NCBI GenBank assembly: GCA_963750165.1
Contig: CAVVPN010000001.1
Coordinates: 224,001 to 288,000, forward strand
Source of the DNA: an uncultured Gemmataceae bacterium
Lineage (GTDB): Bacteria; Planctomycetota; Planctomycetia; Gemmatales; Gemmataceae
DNA length: 64,000 nt
Reading direction: 5' to 3'
Position 1 is the first letter of the stretch, and every line of letters starts with the position of its first letter. Of the stretch, positions 8,264 through 19,207 are shown in pieces. The position numbers were made by a program, and so were the translations under genes. Below the pieces are notes generated by a model that searched no databases, had not been told where the DNA came from, and saw only the letters and a program-made list of their open reading frames with translations.

Positions 8264-11200
8264 ATGACAAGTCTTCAGCACACGCAATCACCCCAGGGCG
8301 ACCGAGAACAACCGGAGCCTGCCCCTGTGGCCCCGGATTCTGGGCCGTTGCTCAGAGCTGACTTCTTGATGGAACTCGAGCGGAAAAGCTCCGGCCTTGC
8401 GACCGACCCGAGAACGCTCAAGACAGGGCACGCGGCGGACCCCCGCTTGGTGCGGGCGGACGGCACCCCCAACGTGCCGGAGGCCGGGGAGGTCATGGAG
8501 CGGGAGACACCGGTTTTCTCGTCGTTCGCGACCAGAGCACGAACGCCGCCTTCGTCGCACCAACCCTTGCTGCCGTTCCCCGACCCAGACGACGCGCCGG
8601 AGTCTCCCCACAACGATCCCTCTGACACCGAAGAAACCCAAAATGCAGTACAAGACGATGGTCCTCGAACTCCTGCAGCAGCACTCGGAGATTCACGAGC
8701 AGCTCCGCAGCCAACGGATGTTGCTGCCGACGCTGGAACTCCTGGCGAGGCAGCTGAAGAACAGTCACGAAGCCTGGAAAGGTCGCCTTTCTCTGGCGAA
8801 GCCGGGCAGCGACCGGAGCCAGACCGAGAGCGAGGCCTTGGAGATCGCCCTAAAGGAACTGGAGGACTGTTTGACCTCACGATCTCCTTCGGGCGAAGAC
8901 GGTCCGCTGTCACTAGACGCAGCAATGGCGTTCATCCGCGGCCACCTTCCGCCCGCGTAAAGGCGTCACGAGATCAGCCGACGCTGTTTGACTCGCTTAC
9001 CGAGGAACAGTCTCCGGGACCGGAGGAAACAGCGCCGCCCGTGGTCCCGGCAATGCCCGCGGCTGCCGAAGCCCTTGACCCTCCTGGTCTGTATGCCTCC
9101 GGTGACGAACAGCCACCGCCCACCACATCCTTCACCATCGCCGGCGGCGAAAAAGCCAAGGCCCGCGACATCCTCGCCGCCATCCGCGCCGTCAAGACCA
9201 TCGACCGCGAGCGGCGGCCCGCCAGGCCGGAGGAGCGGCAGGCGCTCGCAAGCTTTGCGGGCTTCGGCCCCGTCGCCCTCTCCATCTTTCCCGACCCCGG
9301 CACCGGCCGCTACAAGGACGCCACCTGGCAGGCATTCGGGGAGGAGCTGAAGACGCTGCTTTCGCCCGAGGAATACGTCAGCGCCCGCCGCACCACCTTC
9401 AACGCCTTTTACACGTCCCCGACTGTCATCGCGGCCATGCACGAGGCCATCGATCGCCTGGGAATTCCTGGGAACGCCACGCTCCTTGAACCGGGCTGCG
9501 GCGCGGGCCATTTCATGAGCCAGGGCCGGCGCGGGCTGCGCTACATCGGCGTCGAGTTGGACCGCGTCTCCGGGCGCATCGCCCAGCTGCTCCACCCCGA
9601 CCAGGACATCCGCATCGAGAACTTTCGCGACACACGCCTGCCCGAGGGAATGATCGACGCCGTGATCGGCAACCCTCCCTTCGCCGACGTACGGCTCGAC
9701 TTCCACGGCCTGCGTCTTGCCTTGCACGACTTCTTCCTCGCCAAGGGGATGGACGCGCTGAAACACGGCGGCGTCGTCGCCCTGGTCACCAGCCATTTCA
9801 CGCTCGACAAGCAGAACGCCAGTCTGCGCGAGCACCTGGCCGAGCGGGCGGATTTCCTGGGGGCCATTCGCCTGCCGTCCGACGCCTTCAAGCGGCAGGG
9901 CACAAGCGTCGTCACGGACCTCGTGTTCTTTCGCAAGCGGGCCCCCGGCGAACCGGCCAACCACGCGGACCCGGCCTGGCTCGAGACCGAACCCATCGAC
10001 ATCGACGGCGTCGCCATCCCGATCAACCGCTACTTCCGGAATTGTCCCGAGATGGTGCTGGGCAGCTTCAGCCGCAAGGACCGCCTTTACGACGACGGCT
10101 ACAGCCTCGCCTCGAACGGCGACCTGGCGGAGCAACTCCGCGAAGCGATCCGCAATCTGCCCGAGGGCGTGGCTTCCGCCGTGCCCTCCCCTGAGCAGGT
10201 GCTCGCCCCGTCGAACACTGTCCCGCCATCGCTGCCGCATGTCACGGAAGGCAGCTTCTTCGTCGGCGACGATCGCACCATCCGCCAGTCCCTGGACGGG
10301 CGGTCGGTGCCGGTCACGTACGGAGGGAAAACCCTGCACGCTGGCGGCACGCTCAGCGCCAAGCGCCTGGCCGCCCTAGTCGGCTTACGCGATCGCGCCC
10401 GCCGCGTTTTGCAATCCCAGAACGAAGGTTGGCCCGAAGCGGACCGCAACGACGCACGCCGGGAACTGAACTGGACCTATGACCGATTCACCCTCGCCTA
10501 CGGCCCGATCAACAAGACCACCTTTGGGGAGACTGCCGACGGGAGCCTGATTCGTCGCATGCCCAACCTGGTGAAGTTCCGCGAGGACCCGGACGCGATG
10601 CTGGTCCTGTCCCTGGAAGACTACGACGAGGTCACGGGGCAGGCCACGAAAGCCGCCATCATGACCAGAGACGTGGTCGGCAGGAACCCGCCCATCACGT
10701 CGGTCCGGAGTGCCGAGGAAGGGTTGCTCGTCTCGCTCGACCAGCGCGGCGCGGTCGATCTGCCGTTCATCGTCACGCTCTACGGCCAGCCCGAGGAGAA
10801 GGTTGTTGCCGAACTGGGCGACCTGATCTTCCACGACCCGAAGTCCCGGACCTGGCAGACGGCCGACGCCTATCTCTCGGGCAACGTGCGGGCTAAGCTC
10901 GCCGCCGCCGAGCAGGCCGGCCCTGCATACGCGCGCAACGCCGAGGCCCTGCGGGCCGTACAGCCCGAGGACTTGCTGCCTGGCGACATCGACGCCAACC
11001 TGGGGGCGCCGTGGGTCCCCGAGAGCGACATTCAGGCGTTCGCAGCCGATCTCTTCCGTGTCACGCCGCCTTCGATCCAGGTCGGGCACTTGCAGAAGGA
11101 CGCGGTCTGGAGCCTCGACGCCGACTACGCCGCCCGGCAGTCCGTCGCCGCGACTTCCGAGTACGGCACGCCCCGCGCCAACGGCACCGGCCTCCTCGAA

Positions 11201-14124
11201 ATGGCCCTGAACATGAAGACGCCGACGATCTACGACACCGTCACCCGCGGCGACCGCGAGGAGCGCGTGCTCAACCGGGAGGCCACACTGGCCGCCCGAG
11301 AGAAGCAAAAGCAAATCAAGGAGCGCTTTCGCGCCTGGCTGTTCGCCGACCCCGAGCGCACGGAGCGCCTCGTGCGGCTATACAACGACGCCTTCAACGC
11401 GTTACGCCCACGGCTGTTCGACGGCGCGCACCTCGACTTCCCCGCCATGAACCAGACCATCCAACTCAGGCCCCACCAGAAGGACGCCGTCTGGCGCGGC
11501 ATGAGTTCCGGCAACATGCTGCTCGCCCACGCCGTCGGCGCCGGCAAGACCTTCACAATGGCCGCCACCAGCATGAAGATGAAGCAGGCCGGCCTAATCG
11601 CCAAGCCGATGTACGTCGTGCCCAACCACCTGTTGGAGCAGTTTGCCCGCGAGTTTATGCAGCTCTATCCGAACGCCCGGCTGCTCGTCGCCACCAAGGA
11701 GGACCTGACGCGCCAGCGCCGCAAGCACCTGACCGCCAAGATCGCCAGCGGCGAGTGGGACGGCATCATCATCACGCACAGTTCGTTCGAGCGAATCGGC
11801 ATGTCCCGCGCTTACCAGGAGAAATTCCTGGGCGAGCAGATCGAGGAATACAACCAGTTGCTCACCTGCGGCGCCAGCAGAGATGCGACCAGGAACCACC
11901 GCAACCTCATCAAGACCATCGAGAAGCAGAAGGCGGCGCGTGAGGAGAAGCTGAAAGACCTGCTGGCCGAGGACAAGAAAGACGACGGACTGGTCTTTGA
12001 CGAGCTGGGCGCCGATTACCTGTTCATCGACGAGGCCCAGTATTACAAGAACCTGGAGACGCCAACCAAGATGGAGCGCGTCGCGGGTATCCAGACCGGC
12101 GGCAGCGAACGCGCCTTCGACCTGTACATGAAGGCCCGCTACCTGCATCAGCAACACCCCGGCCATGGCGTCACGTTTGCCACCGGCACGCCCATCAGCA
12201 ACACCATGTGTGAGATGTACACGCTGCAGCGCTTCCTCGACCCCGAGGGGCTCAAGAGCCGTGGGATCGAGCATTTTGACGGCTGGGCGGCCACGTTCGG
12301 CGAGGTCGTGGACACCATGGAAATCTCCCCGGACGGCAAGACCCTGAAGCCACGCAGCCGCTTCGCCAGGTTCGTGAACCTGCCGGAGCTGCAGATGATG
12401 TTCCGCGCCTTCGCCGACGTGCAGACGGCCGAGATGCTCGACCTGCCAAGGCCCCGGCTGGAAACCGGCAAGGCCCTCGTCGTTGCCTGCCCGATGTCGG
12501 AGGAGCAGGGCGCCCTCCAGCAGGAGCTGGTGGCCCGCTACGAACGGCTGCGGACGCAGAAGGTGGACCCGCGGGAAGATAACGCCCTGGCCATCACGAC
12601 CGACGGCCGCAAGCTCGCCCTCGACGCCCGGATGCTTGCCGGCGATGCGCCGGATTTCCCCGGCTCGAAGGTCAACGCGCTGGTCGAGAACGTCACGGCC
12701 GTGTGGGAGCGAACCGCGGCGACACGCGCGACACAGATGGTCTTCTGCGATATGGGCGTCCACCCGACGCCCTGGGGCTACTCGGCCTACGAGGAGATCC
12801 TCCGTAAACTGACCGCCCGAGGCATCCCCCGGCGCAGGTCGCCGCCATCGGCGACGCCGACAGCGACGCCAAGAAACGAGCCCTCTTCGACAAGGTCCGC
12901 AGCGGCCAGGTCCGGGTGCTGCTGGGCAGCACGCAGAAGATGGGCACCGGCACCAACGTCCAGAAACGCCTGGCGGCGCTGCACCACCTCGACGCCCCCT
13001 GGAAGCCGGCCGAGGTCGAACAGCGCGAGGGCCGCATCCTCCGCCAGGGCAACGACAACGAGGAAGTGGCGGTCTATCGTTACGTAACTACCGGTTCCTT
13101 TGACAGTTACATGTGGCAGGCGCTCGAAACCAAGGCCCGGTTTATCGCGCAGCTCATGGCCGGCGACAACGCCGTCCGCCGTGCCGAGGATGTCGGCGGC
13201 CAGGAACTCTCCTACGCGGAGGTGAAAGCGATCGCCTCGGGCAACCCGGCGGTACTGACCCTCGCCGAGGCCGACGCCGAGTTGCAGCGACTGTCGATCC
13301 TCAAGAGGAATCACGCCGACGAGCAGTACCTCGCCCGCCGCAGCGTGCGCGATCTGCCCGCGACCATCGGCGTGCTGTCGGAACGTCTGGCTGGCCTCAT
13401 GGCCGACCTGGTCACTGCCACGGCTCATGCCGCCGACCCCATCATCATCGGCAGGCGTCCTTGCTCCCGCGAGGACGCGACGGCCGTCCTCGGCGAGTGC
13501 CTGGAGTCGATCCCGGAGTGGGTCCACGAGACGCGGCGCATCTCCCTGGGCGTGTATCGCGGCCTGCGCTTCGGCCTCGTGCTTCATCCGCAATTTCCCC
13601 CCGACGTGTATCTCGAGGGGGCAACAACGCGCCAGTCCATGCTCTCACGGGAACACCACGGACCGCGGGCCATTCTGAATGCTGCGGAGCGCCTGGCCAA
13701 TGCCTACGGCTCTGAATGCGCCCGCGTTCGGCAAGACCTGGCCATCGCGGAAGCCCAACTGCGCGACTACCAGGCGCGCCTCGGCACGCCCTTTCTCCAC
13801 GAGTCCTACCTGTCCCAGCTGACGGCCCTACGTGACCAGCTCAAGACCGGCCTTTCCGGTGCGCCTCCGGAACCTGGTGCCGAAGCGGTACCAAGGATTT
13901 CCGAACTCGCCGAGCAGATCAATGCGCTTAAGGCGGCGCACACCATCGAGACGACGACCCAACGCGTCGGCAAACACCGTTCCTCCGCGGAGGAGCCCGT
14001 CACTGCGCGAATCCGCCGCCGATCGGAAGCGCTTCCCTCCCCTGATCCAGCGACGGAGTTCGACGACGACGCATCGAGAGTAGAGGCATCTCTCGTCCTT
14101 CGCCTTGCCCGCGACGGCCCATGA
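8264..14124 (+). pseudogene. DarB-like N6-adenine methyltransferase/SNF2 helicase, copy 1; frameshift at a C5 run (12826-12830) and C-terminus clipped near 14080
   Basis: LEPGCGAG and NPPF methylase motifs; AHAVGAGKT, FIDEAQ and ATGTP helicase motifs; EQREGRILRQGN in the second frame. GGAGGAGG RBS at ATG 8264, though the true start could be later. Confidence 0.85.
8643..8960 (+). CDS. 105-aa helical protein (TnpV-like by appearance), paralogue of 59145..59462
   Basis: MQYKTMVLELLQQ...LSLDAAMAFIRGHLPPA aligns end to end with MHYQTIVLELLKE...ISLEAAMAFLHRHTPPA; identical length. Confidence 0.8.
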   Translation: MQYKTMVLELLQQHSEIHEQLRSQRMLLPTLELLARQLKNSHEAWKGRLSLAKPGSDRSQTESEALEIALKELEDCLTSRSPSGEDGPLSLDAAMAFIRGHLPPA

Positions 14125-14803
14125 GCCTAGCAGAGCAAGGGATCCACCTGGTCAGCACCGACGAGAAGACGGGCATGCAGGCGCTGGAGCGATTGCACCC
14201 CGACCTGCCGCCGGGCCCGGGGCGCGTGCAGCGCCGGGAGCACGAGTACCAGCGGCACGGGACGCTGTGCCTGACGGCCAACCTGGAGATCTGGTGCGGT
14301 TGGGTGATCGCGCCGACGCTGGGGCCGACGCGCACGGAGGCCGACTTCCTGGCCCACGTGCAGCAGACGGTGGCCACCGACCCTTTGGCGGGCTGGGTGT
14401 TCATCGTGGACAACCTGAACACGCACCAGTCGGAGAGCCTGGTGGTGTGGGTGGCCCAGGTCTGCAGCGTCCCGGGCGAACTGGGGGTCAAGGGCAAGCA
14501 GGGGGTGCTGAAGTCGCAAGCGAGCCGTGCGGCCTTCCTGTCGGACCAGGGCCACCGCATCCGCTTTGTGTACACGCCCAAGCACACCTCGTGGCTCAAC
14601 CAGGTGGAGATTTGGTTCAGCATCCTGGTGCGGAAATTGCTCCGCCGCGCCAGCTTCACGTCGGTGGACGATCTCAAGGCCCGGGTCTTGGCGTTCATTG
14701 ACTACTTCAACCAAACGATGGCCAAACCCATCCGCCGGCTTTACTCGGCGGTGCCGAAACCACCGGACGGAACCGGTTAGAGATTTCTGCCGCCGTGTAC
14801 TAG
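14081..14803 (+). mobile_element. Truncated IS630-family element (DDE domain only, ORF 14121..14780)
   Basis: STDEKTG, VDNLNTH and YTPKHTSWLNQVEIWF motifs; no N-terminal HTH; right end ...GTGTACTAG. The left boundary is tentative. Confidence 0.8.
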
Positions 14804-14826
14804 TTGGTGGAAATCCGGCTGCCCGG

Positions 14827-15345
14827 TCACTGCCGCACTTCCGCCGTGTCCAACAAGCGGCGCATGGTCTGCACCGCTTTCAACGTCCGGCCTGTCCGCT
14901 CAGCCACTTCCTCTTCAGGCAGCGTTTCCAGCCACAGCAATTCTTCGTCGGTCCAAATCCTGACCTTCCGAGGCGAGTGTTTCCGGCGACCGTTCAAGTT
15001 CGTGAGGGCCGCATCGTGGATGATCCGCCGGCTGCCTTCGGCATCCATGCGCTTGACCCCCAGGCCAGCCCGCCACTTGATGACGGTCCCATAACAGGTA
15101 CCCCACCAATGGGCAACAGCAAGCGCCGACTCATGATGAATCGCACGAGCCAACTCATCCTCGACCAGGAAGCCTTTGCCGGCGGCCCGCGTTCCAGCGA
15201 AGTAGCAGAGGGGCCAGGGGATAGGGCCTATCGACCAGTCGTATACCGTCACTTCACGGTTTCGGAACAGGCACCATGCGCGGTCCCGCACCTTCACGGC
15301 CGGGGGTTTGTACGGGCCGAACAGGAGTGCCGTTTTGTCGTCCAT
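14827..15345 (-). CDS. Hypothetical protein with HTH-like segments (172 aa)
   Basis: LLFGPYKPP...ELARAIHHESALAVAHWWG...WTDEELLWLETLPEEEVAERTGRTLKAV. Confidence 0.7.
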   Translation of the reverse strand: MDDKTALLFGPYKPPAVKVRDRAWCLFRNREVTVYDWSIGPIPWPLCYFAGTRAAGKGFLVEDELARAIHHESALAVAHWWGTCYGTVIKWRAGLGVKRMDAEGSRRIIHDAALTNLNGRRKHSPRKVRIWTDEELLWLETLPEEEVAERTGRTLKAVQTMRRLLDTAEVRQ

Positions 15346-15452
15346 GCGGAGATTATCGCGCGCGGGCGGTGCGGCAGCAAGGGTCTGACCGCCCGGGACG
15401 GATTCCGGAGCCAAGCCAGAACGCAATACTGCCGAACCAGTTCCCAGCGAGA

Positions 15453-15830
15453 TTATTCCGAGCAGCGAAGTTCTGAGCAGAGGTGCTTCAACGCCTGAAC
15501 TGCCTGCTCGACCTCCGGAATCCAGGCTTCTTTCGCCACAACAATTCGCCGGTGCAAATCCCGAAGGTGGGGGACGGCTTCGAGCCTGATCTCGATGGGG
15601 CAGTCGGAGAGCGGAAGAAAGTCTTGGACGTTGTCACCATCGAGATAGGCATGGCAGAGCCGCCACTTGCCCTGGCACTCGACAAAGCCAATCATGTCTG
15701 GCACGTTCGACCGGCCGACGTATCGCCCGTGCTCATCCTGTTCGGGGCCATAGGATACCCAGAAAGCGTGAGAACCACTGCCCGCGAAAGAGGGCCCGGC
15801 ATAATCGATTTGCAAAATTTCGCAGGGCAC
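15453..15830 (-). CDS. Hypothetical protein (up to 125 aa), possibly 5'-truncated
   Basis: Protein-like composition; its 5' end overlaps the integrase remnant on the other strand. Confidence 0.45.
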   Translation of the reverse strand: MPCEILQIDYAGPSFAGSGSHAFWVSYGPEQDEHGRYVGRSNVPDMIGFVECQGKWRLCHAYLDGDNVQDFLPLSDCPIEIRLEAVPHLRDLHRRIVVAKEAWIPEVEQAVQALKHLCSELRCSE

Positions 15831-15911
15831 TCCGACCCAAGAACAACCCTGACCTACATCAGGAACCGGGGCCGGCCCAGCAGGTCACCTGCCTACGTTC
15901 TCAAGTATTGA
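15801..15911 (+). pseudogene. C-terminal remnant of a tyrosine recombinase
   Basis: IIDLQNFAGHSDPRTTLTYIR carries the GH...TT..Y box II motif (compare AGHSDPRTTRLY in 60107..61126). Confidence 0.7.
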
Positions 15912-15929
15912 CCGGCCCGCCGCGCCCTA

Positions 15930-16454
15930 TTACCGCCCCTTACCCTGTTCCTCCGCCCGGTCGATCATAGCGAAAAGCGGTGTTTCTTCGGCATAGCGCT
16001 GCTCGGCGCGCTCGGCCTTGTTCCGCTCCCGAACCACCCGAGCCGCGGCCAGAGCCTCGGCGCTTTTTGGTTCATACCGCTCCAACGCTGACCAGACCAG
16101 ACTGTATCGAGGGGCCGGGACCAGCGTCCCCTTGATCTCCAGCAGCCGCGTCGGATGCTGTTCGTGGAGCAGATCGCCAAACATTTCTTCCTCGTTCTTG
16201 CCCTGTTTAACCGTGCCGTCAGGCATCTTGCGGAGGTAGACCGAATTTTCAGTCAGCCGATCTTCCCCACGGTAGACTTTGTACGCTGTGGCGACGGGCT
16301 CCGCTTTCACGGTCCTGTGGTAGTCGCTGTCGATCAGGGATAACTTCATCCACGGTGTCCAACCGCCGCCGAGGGTGCCCAAAGCCAGGATGAACGCTTT
16401 GTCGAATTCCGCGTTCTGCCGGTCGGCAACAGCTTGCCGCATCTCGGCGTTGTG
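15930..16454 (-). pseudogene. Hypothetical protein, paralogue of 46087..46647, with its 5' end cut by IS3
   Basis: Shares GWTPWMKLSLIDSD, ATAYKVYRGE.RLTENS.YLRKMPDG and WSALERYEP.SAE.LAA with the second copy. Confidence 0.75.
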
Positions 16455-16517
16455 TGAACCTCCCCACGAATGGTGGACACCCAGTTAAGAGTGTAAACTC
16501 TCCTGAGGAGGTCCATC

Positions 16518-16814
16518 ATGGCCAGAACCCGACGTACCTACACCCCGGAGTTCAAGCTCGAGGCCGTCAAGCTCGTCACTGAGCAGGGCTACTCCGTCGC
16601 CGAGGCCGCACGCTCCCTCGGCATCCACGAGACCCTGCTCCGCTCCTGGAAGCAGGCGCTGGAGGCCAAGGGCGGCCAGGCCTTCCCCGGCCAGGGCAAG
16701 CTCTCCCCCTTCGAGGAAGAGAACCGCCGCCTCCGGGCCGAGAACCAGCGGCTCCTGGCGGAGCGCGACATCCTAAAAAAAGCGACGGCGTTCTTCGCCA
16801 GGGAGGCGACATGA
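16518..16814 (+). CDS. IS3 transposase OrfA
   Basis: RRTYTPEFKLEAVKLV HTH; ERDILKKA. Confidence 0.95.
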   Translation: MARTRRTYTPEFKLEAVKLVTEQGYSVAEAARSLGIHETLLRSWKQALEAKGGQAFPGQGKLSPFEEENRRLRAENQRLLAERDILKKATAFFAREAT

Positions 16815-17665
16815 CCTTCCGCTTCATCGAGGAACACCGCGGCCAGTGGCCCGTGCGCCTGCTCTGCGAAACCCTGGAGGTCTCGACCGCCGGCTACTAC
16901 GCCTGGCGCGACCGCCCCGCCAGCGACCGCGCCCGGCGCCGCGACACCCTCCTCGTGGAAATCCGCGCCATCCACGCCGAGGTCAAGGCCCGCTACGGCA
17001 GCCCGCGCATCCACGCCGAGCTGGTCGCCCGGGGCCAGGACTGCTGCGTCAACACCGTGGCCCGGCTCATGCACGACCACGACCTCCGGGCCAAGACGGC
17101 CCGCAAGTTCCGCTGCACGACCGACTCCAACCACGACCTGCCCGTGGCCGCGAACCTCCTGGATCGGCAGTTCAACCCCGCCGCGGCCAACGAGGCGTGG
17201 GTGGCGGACATCACCTACATCCCGACCCGGGAGGGTTGGCTGTACCTGGCTGTCGTCGAGGACCTGTACTCGCGGCGGGTGGTGGGCTGGTCGATGGCCG
17301 ACCACCTGGAGAGCCGGCTGGTCGTCGATGCCCTGGAGCTGGCGGTGCAGCGCCGGCTGCCGGGGGAGGGGTTGCTGGCCCACTCCGACCGGGGCAGCCA
17401 GTATGCCAGCGACCATTACCAACGCCTCCTGGGCAAGCACGGCATCACCTGCAGCATGAGCCGCCGGGCCGACTGCTGGGACAATGCCCCAATGGAGAGC
17501 TTCTTCGCCTCCTTGAAGAAGGAACTGGTGCACGACGCCGACTTCGCCACCCGGGCGGAGGCGCGGGCGGCGCTCGTCGAGTACATCGAGGTCTTCTACA
17601 ACACGCGGCGCCGGCACTCGTCGCTGGGGTACGTGTCCCCGGCCGAGTATGAACAGTCCGAATAA
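16811..17665 (+). CDS. IS3 transposase OrfB (DDE)
   Basis: WVADITY, HSDRGSQY, WDNAPMESFF, RRHSSLGYVSP. Confidence 0.95.
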   Translation: MTFRFIEEHRGQWPVRLLCETLEVSTAGYYAWRDRPASDRARRRDTLLVEIRAIHAEVKARYGSPRIHAELVARGQDCCVNTVARLMHDHDLRAKTARKFRCTTDSNHDLPVAANLLDRQFNPAAANEAWVADITYIPTREGWLYLAVVEDLYSRRVVGWSMADHLESRLVVDALELAVQRRLPGEGLLAHSDRGSQYASDHYQRLLGKHGITCSMSRRADCWDNAPMESFFASLKKELVHDADFATRAEARAALVEYIEVFYNTRRRHSSLGYVSPAEYEQSE

Positions 17666-17833
17666 CCGTTAACCCCGTGTCCACTTTTCGTGGGGAACTC
17701 CACAGCACTGTCGCATGGGGCGCATTCGAGCAAGCAAAAAGGGAAGCGGGCGAGGCCCGCACAAGTGCTGGGCCATCGCCCACGAAGAGTTGCTCCGCTA
17801 TCAGCGAGACGGTCTCTTGCCGCTCAAGCTCGC

Positions 17834-19165
17834 TTAACCGAACACGCCCTCAAGTGCTGCCCGCTGCACCGACGGGAACAAGTGCCGGTAGCGCTTCCGC
17901 TGCTCCTCTGTCGAGTGACCGACCCACTCGTCAATGAGTCGCTGGTCAATACCCTTGCTCGCACAGGCCGAGATGAACGAGTGACGCATCGCGTGGAGGC
18001 CCCGGATCTTGTCCCATTTCGTTCCGGCCAGGACGCGCTTGAAGTGGTCGTGGCACTCGTCTCGCGTCACCGCCGTGGTCGCCACACCACCGCGGCCCTT
18101 GACCGTCGCGAGCCGACCTTTAAGCGACGAGGGCCGCACATCTTCGTTCTGGTGACCTGTCGTCCGGCTCCGCTTCTTGCTTCGCATCACCTCGCCGTGC
18201 TGGCAGAACATGGCTCCGCCGCCGGGATGACCGGCCAGGTAGTCCTTTAGCACGGTCGCCAGAGCCGAAGTGAGCGGGACACGCCGCGTGGTCCGCTGCC
18301 CCCTGGTCCGCTTCTTCTCTCGGATCATGATCGTGTCGCCGGCGAAATCGACGTCGGTCACCTGGACCCGGAGGATCTCTGACCGCCGAGCGCCCGTATG
18401 GACGGCAAAGCAAAAGAGCGGATGTACCCAAGGATGGGTGGCCCGCTCTTTGACGAGCGCAAGCAGCTCCTGCAACTCGGCCGGTTGGAGGTAGAGCGCA
18501 TCCCACAGCTCGGCGATTTTTTTATCTGTGAGGCCGCCGGCCGCGATTCGCCTTACGATCTCCGCATAAGTCTGAAACGGTGGCTTCTCCTCGCCCTTGG
18601 GGTAGCGAAGTCCCTTGGAGGGAAACGCCCCCTTGGTGATCTTCATCGGCCCGCCCCAATTCCACGCGGCCCGGAATGTGGCGATCTCCTTCCGGAGTGT
18701 CACTGGCGAGAGACCGGCCGCCGCACGCTTATCGACGTGGCCCTGAAGGTCCGCGAGCGTGAGACGATCGAGAGGGTACTTGTCGCCCAGGCTTCGGCAG
18801 AAATGGTTCAGGTGCATCCTGGACGTGTCGAGCGAGTTCGCCTCGACCGTGCCGTTCGAGTGGGTGGTGATGTAACGGTCGCGAAGATTGCTGAGCGTAT
18901 TGGTCCGCACGATGGGCAGCGGAACGGCCGGGGTCTCGCCCTCGCCCCGAAGAGCCGCCAGCCGCTGCCGGACGAACGCCACGATGTCCGCGTCTTCGGG
19001 AACGTGGACCTCGCCGCGCTTCACCCGGTCCAGGATGCCGGTGACAATACCGGCGGTTTCTTCCGCATCTTCTTGGTTAACGTCACCGAGCGGGAAATTG
19101 CGTCGTTTCCCGTGCCAGTAGAACTGGCAATAGAAGTGATCTTCCTTCGTCCAAACCGACGCCAT
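17834..19165 (-). CDS. Tyrosine recombinase/integrase (443 aa) with an N-terminal arm-binding-like domain
   Basis: HTGARRSE, LHAMRHSF, VGHST and RYRH catalytic motifs. Confidence 0.92.
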   Translation of the reverse strand: MASVWTKEDHFYCQFYWHGKRRNFPLGDVNQEDAEETAGIVTGILDRVKRGEVHVPEDADIVAFVRQRLAALRGEGETPAVPLPIVRTNTLSNLRDRYITTHSNGTVEANSLDTSRMHLNHFCRSLGDKYPLDRLTLADLQGHVDKRAAAGLSPVTLRKEIATFRAAWNWGGPMKITKGAFPSKGLRYPKGEEKPPFQTYAEIVRRIAAGGLTDKKIAELWDALYLQPAELQELLALVKERATHPWVHPLFCFAVHTGARRSEILRVQVTDVDFAGDTIMIREKKRTRGQRTTRRVPLTSALATVLKDYLAGHPGGGAMFCQHGEVMRSKKRSRTTGHQNEDVRPSSLKGRLATVKGRGGVATTAVTRDECHDHFKRVLAGTKWDKIRGLHAMRHSFISACASKGIDQRLIDEWVGHSTEEQRKRYRHLFPSVQRAALEGVFG

Positions 19166-19207
19166 GACTTGCCCCCTTTCTGGGTGGGGCAACACGACTG
19201 CTATACG

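Larger units (their letters stand above)
16455..17702 (+). mobile_element. IS3-family insertion sequence (~1.25 kb), no target duplication
   Basis: Inverted repeats TGAACCTCCCCACGAATGGTGGACAC and TGGAGTTCCCCACGAAAAGTGGACAC; orfA/orfB; A7G slippery site at 16775-16782. Confidence 0.95.
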
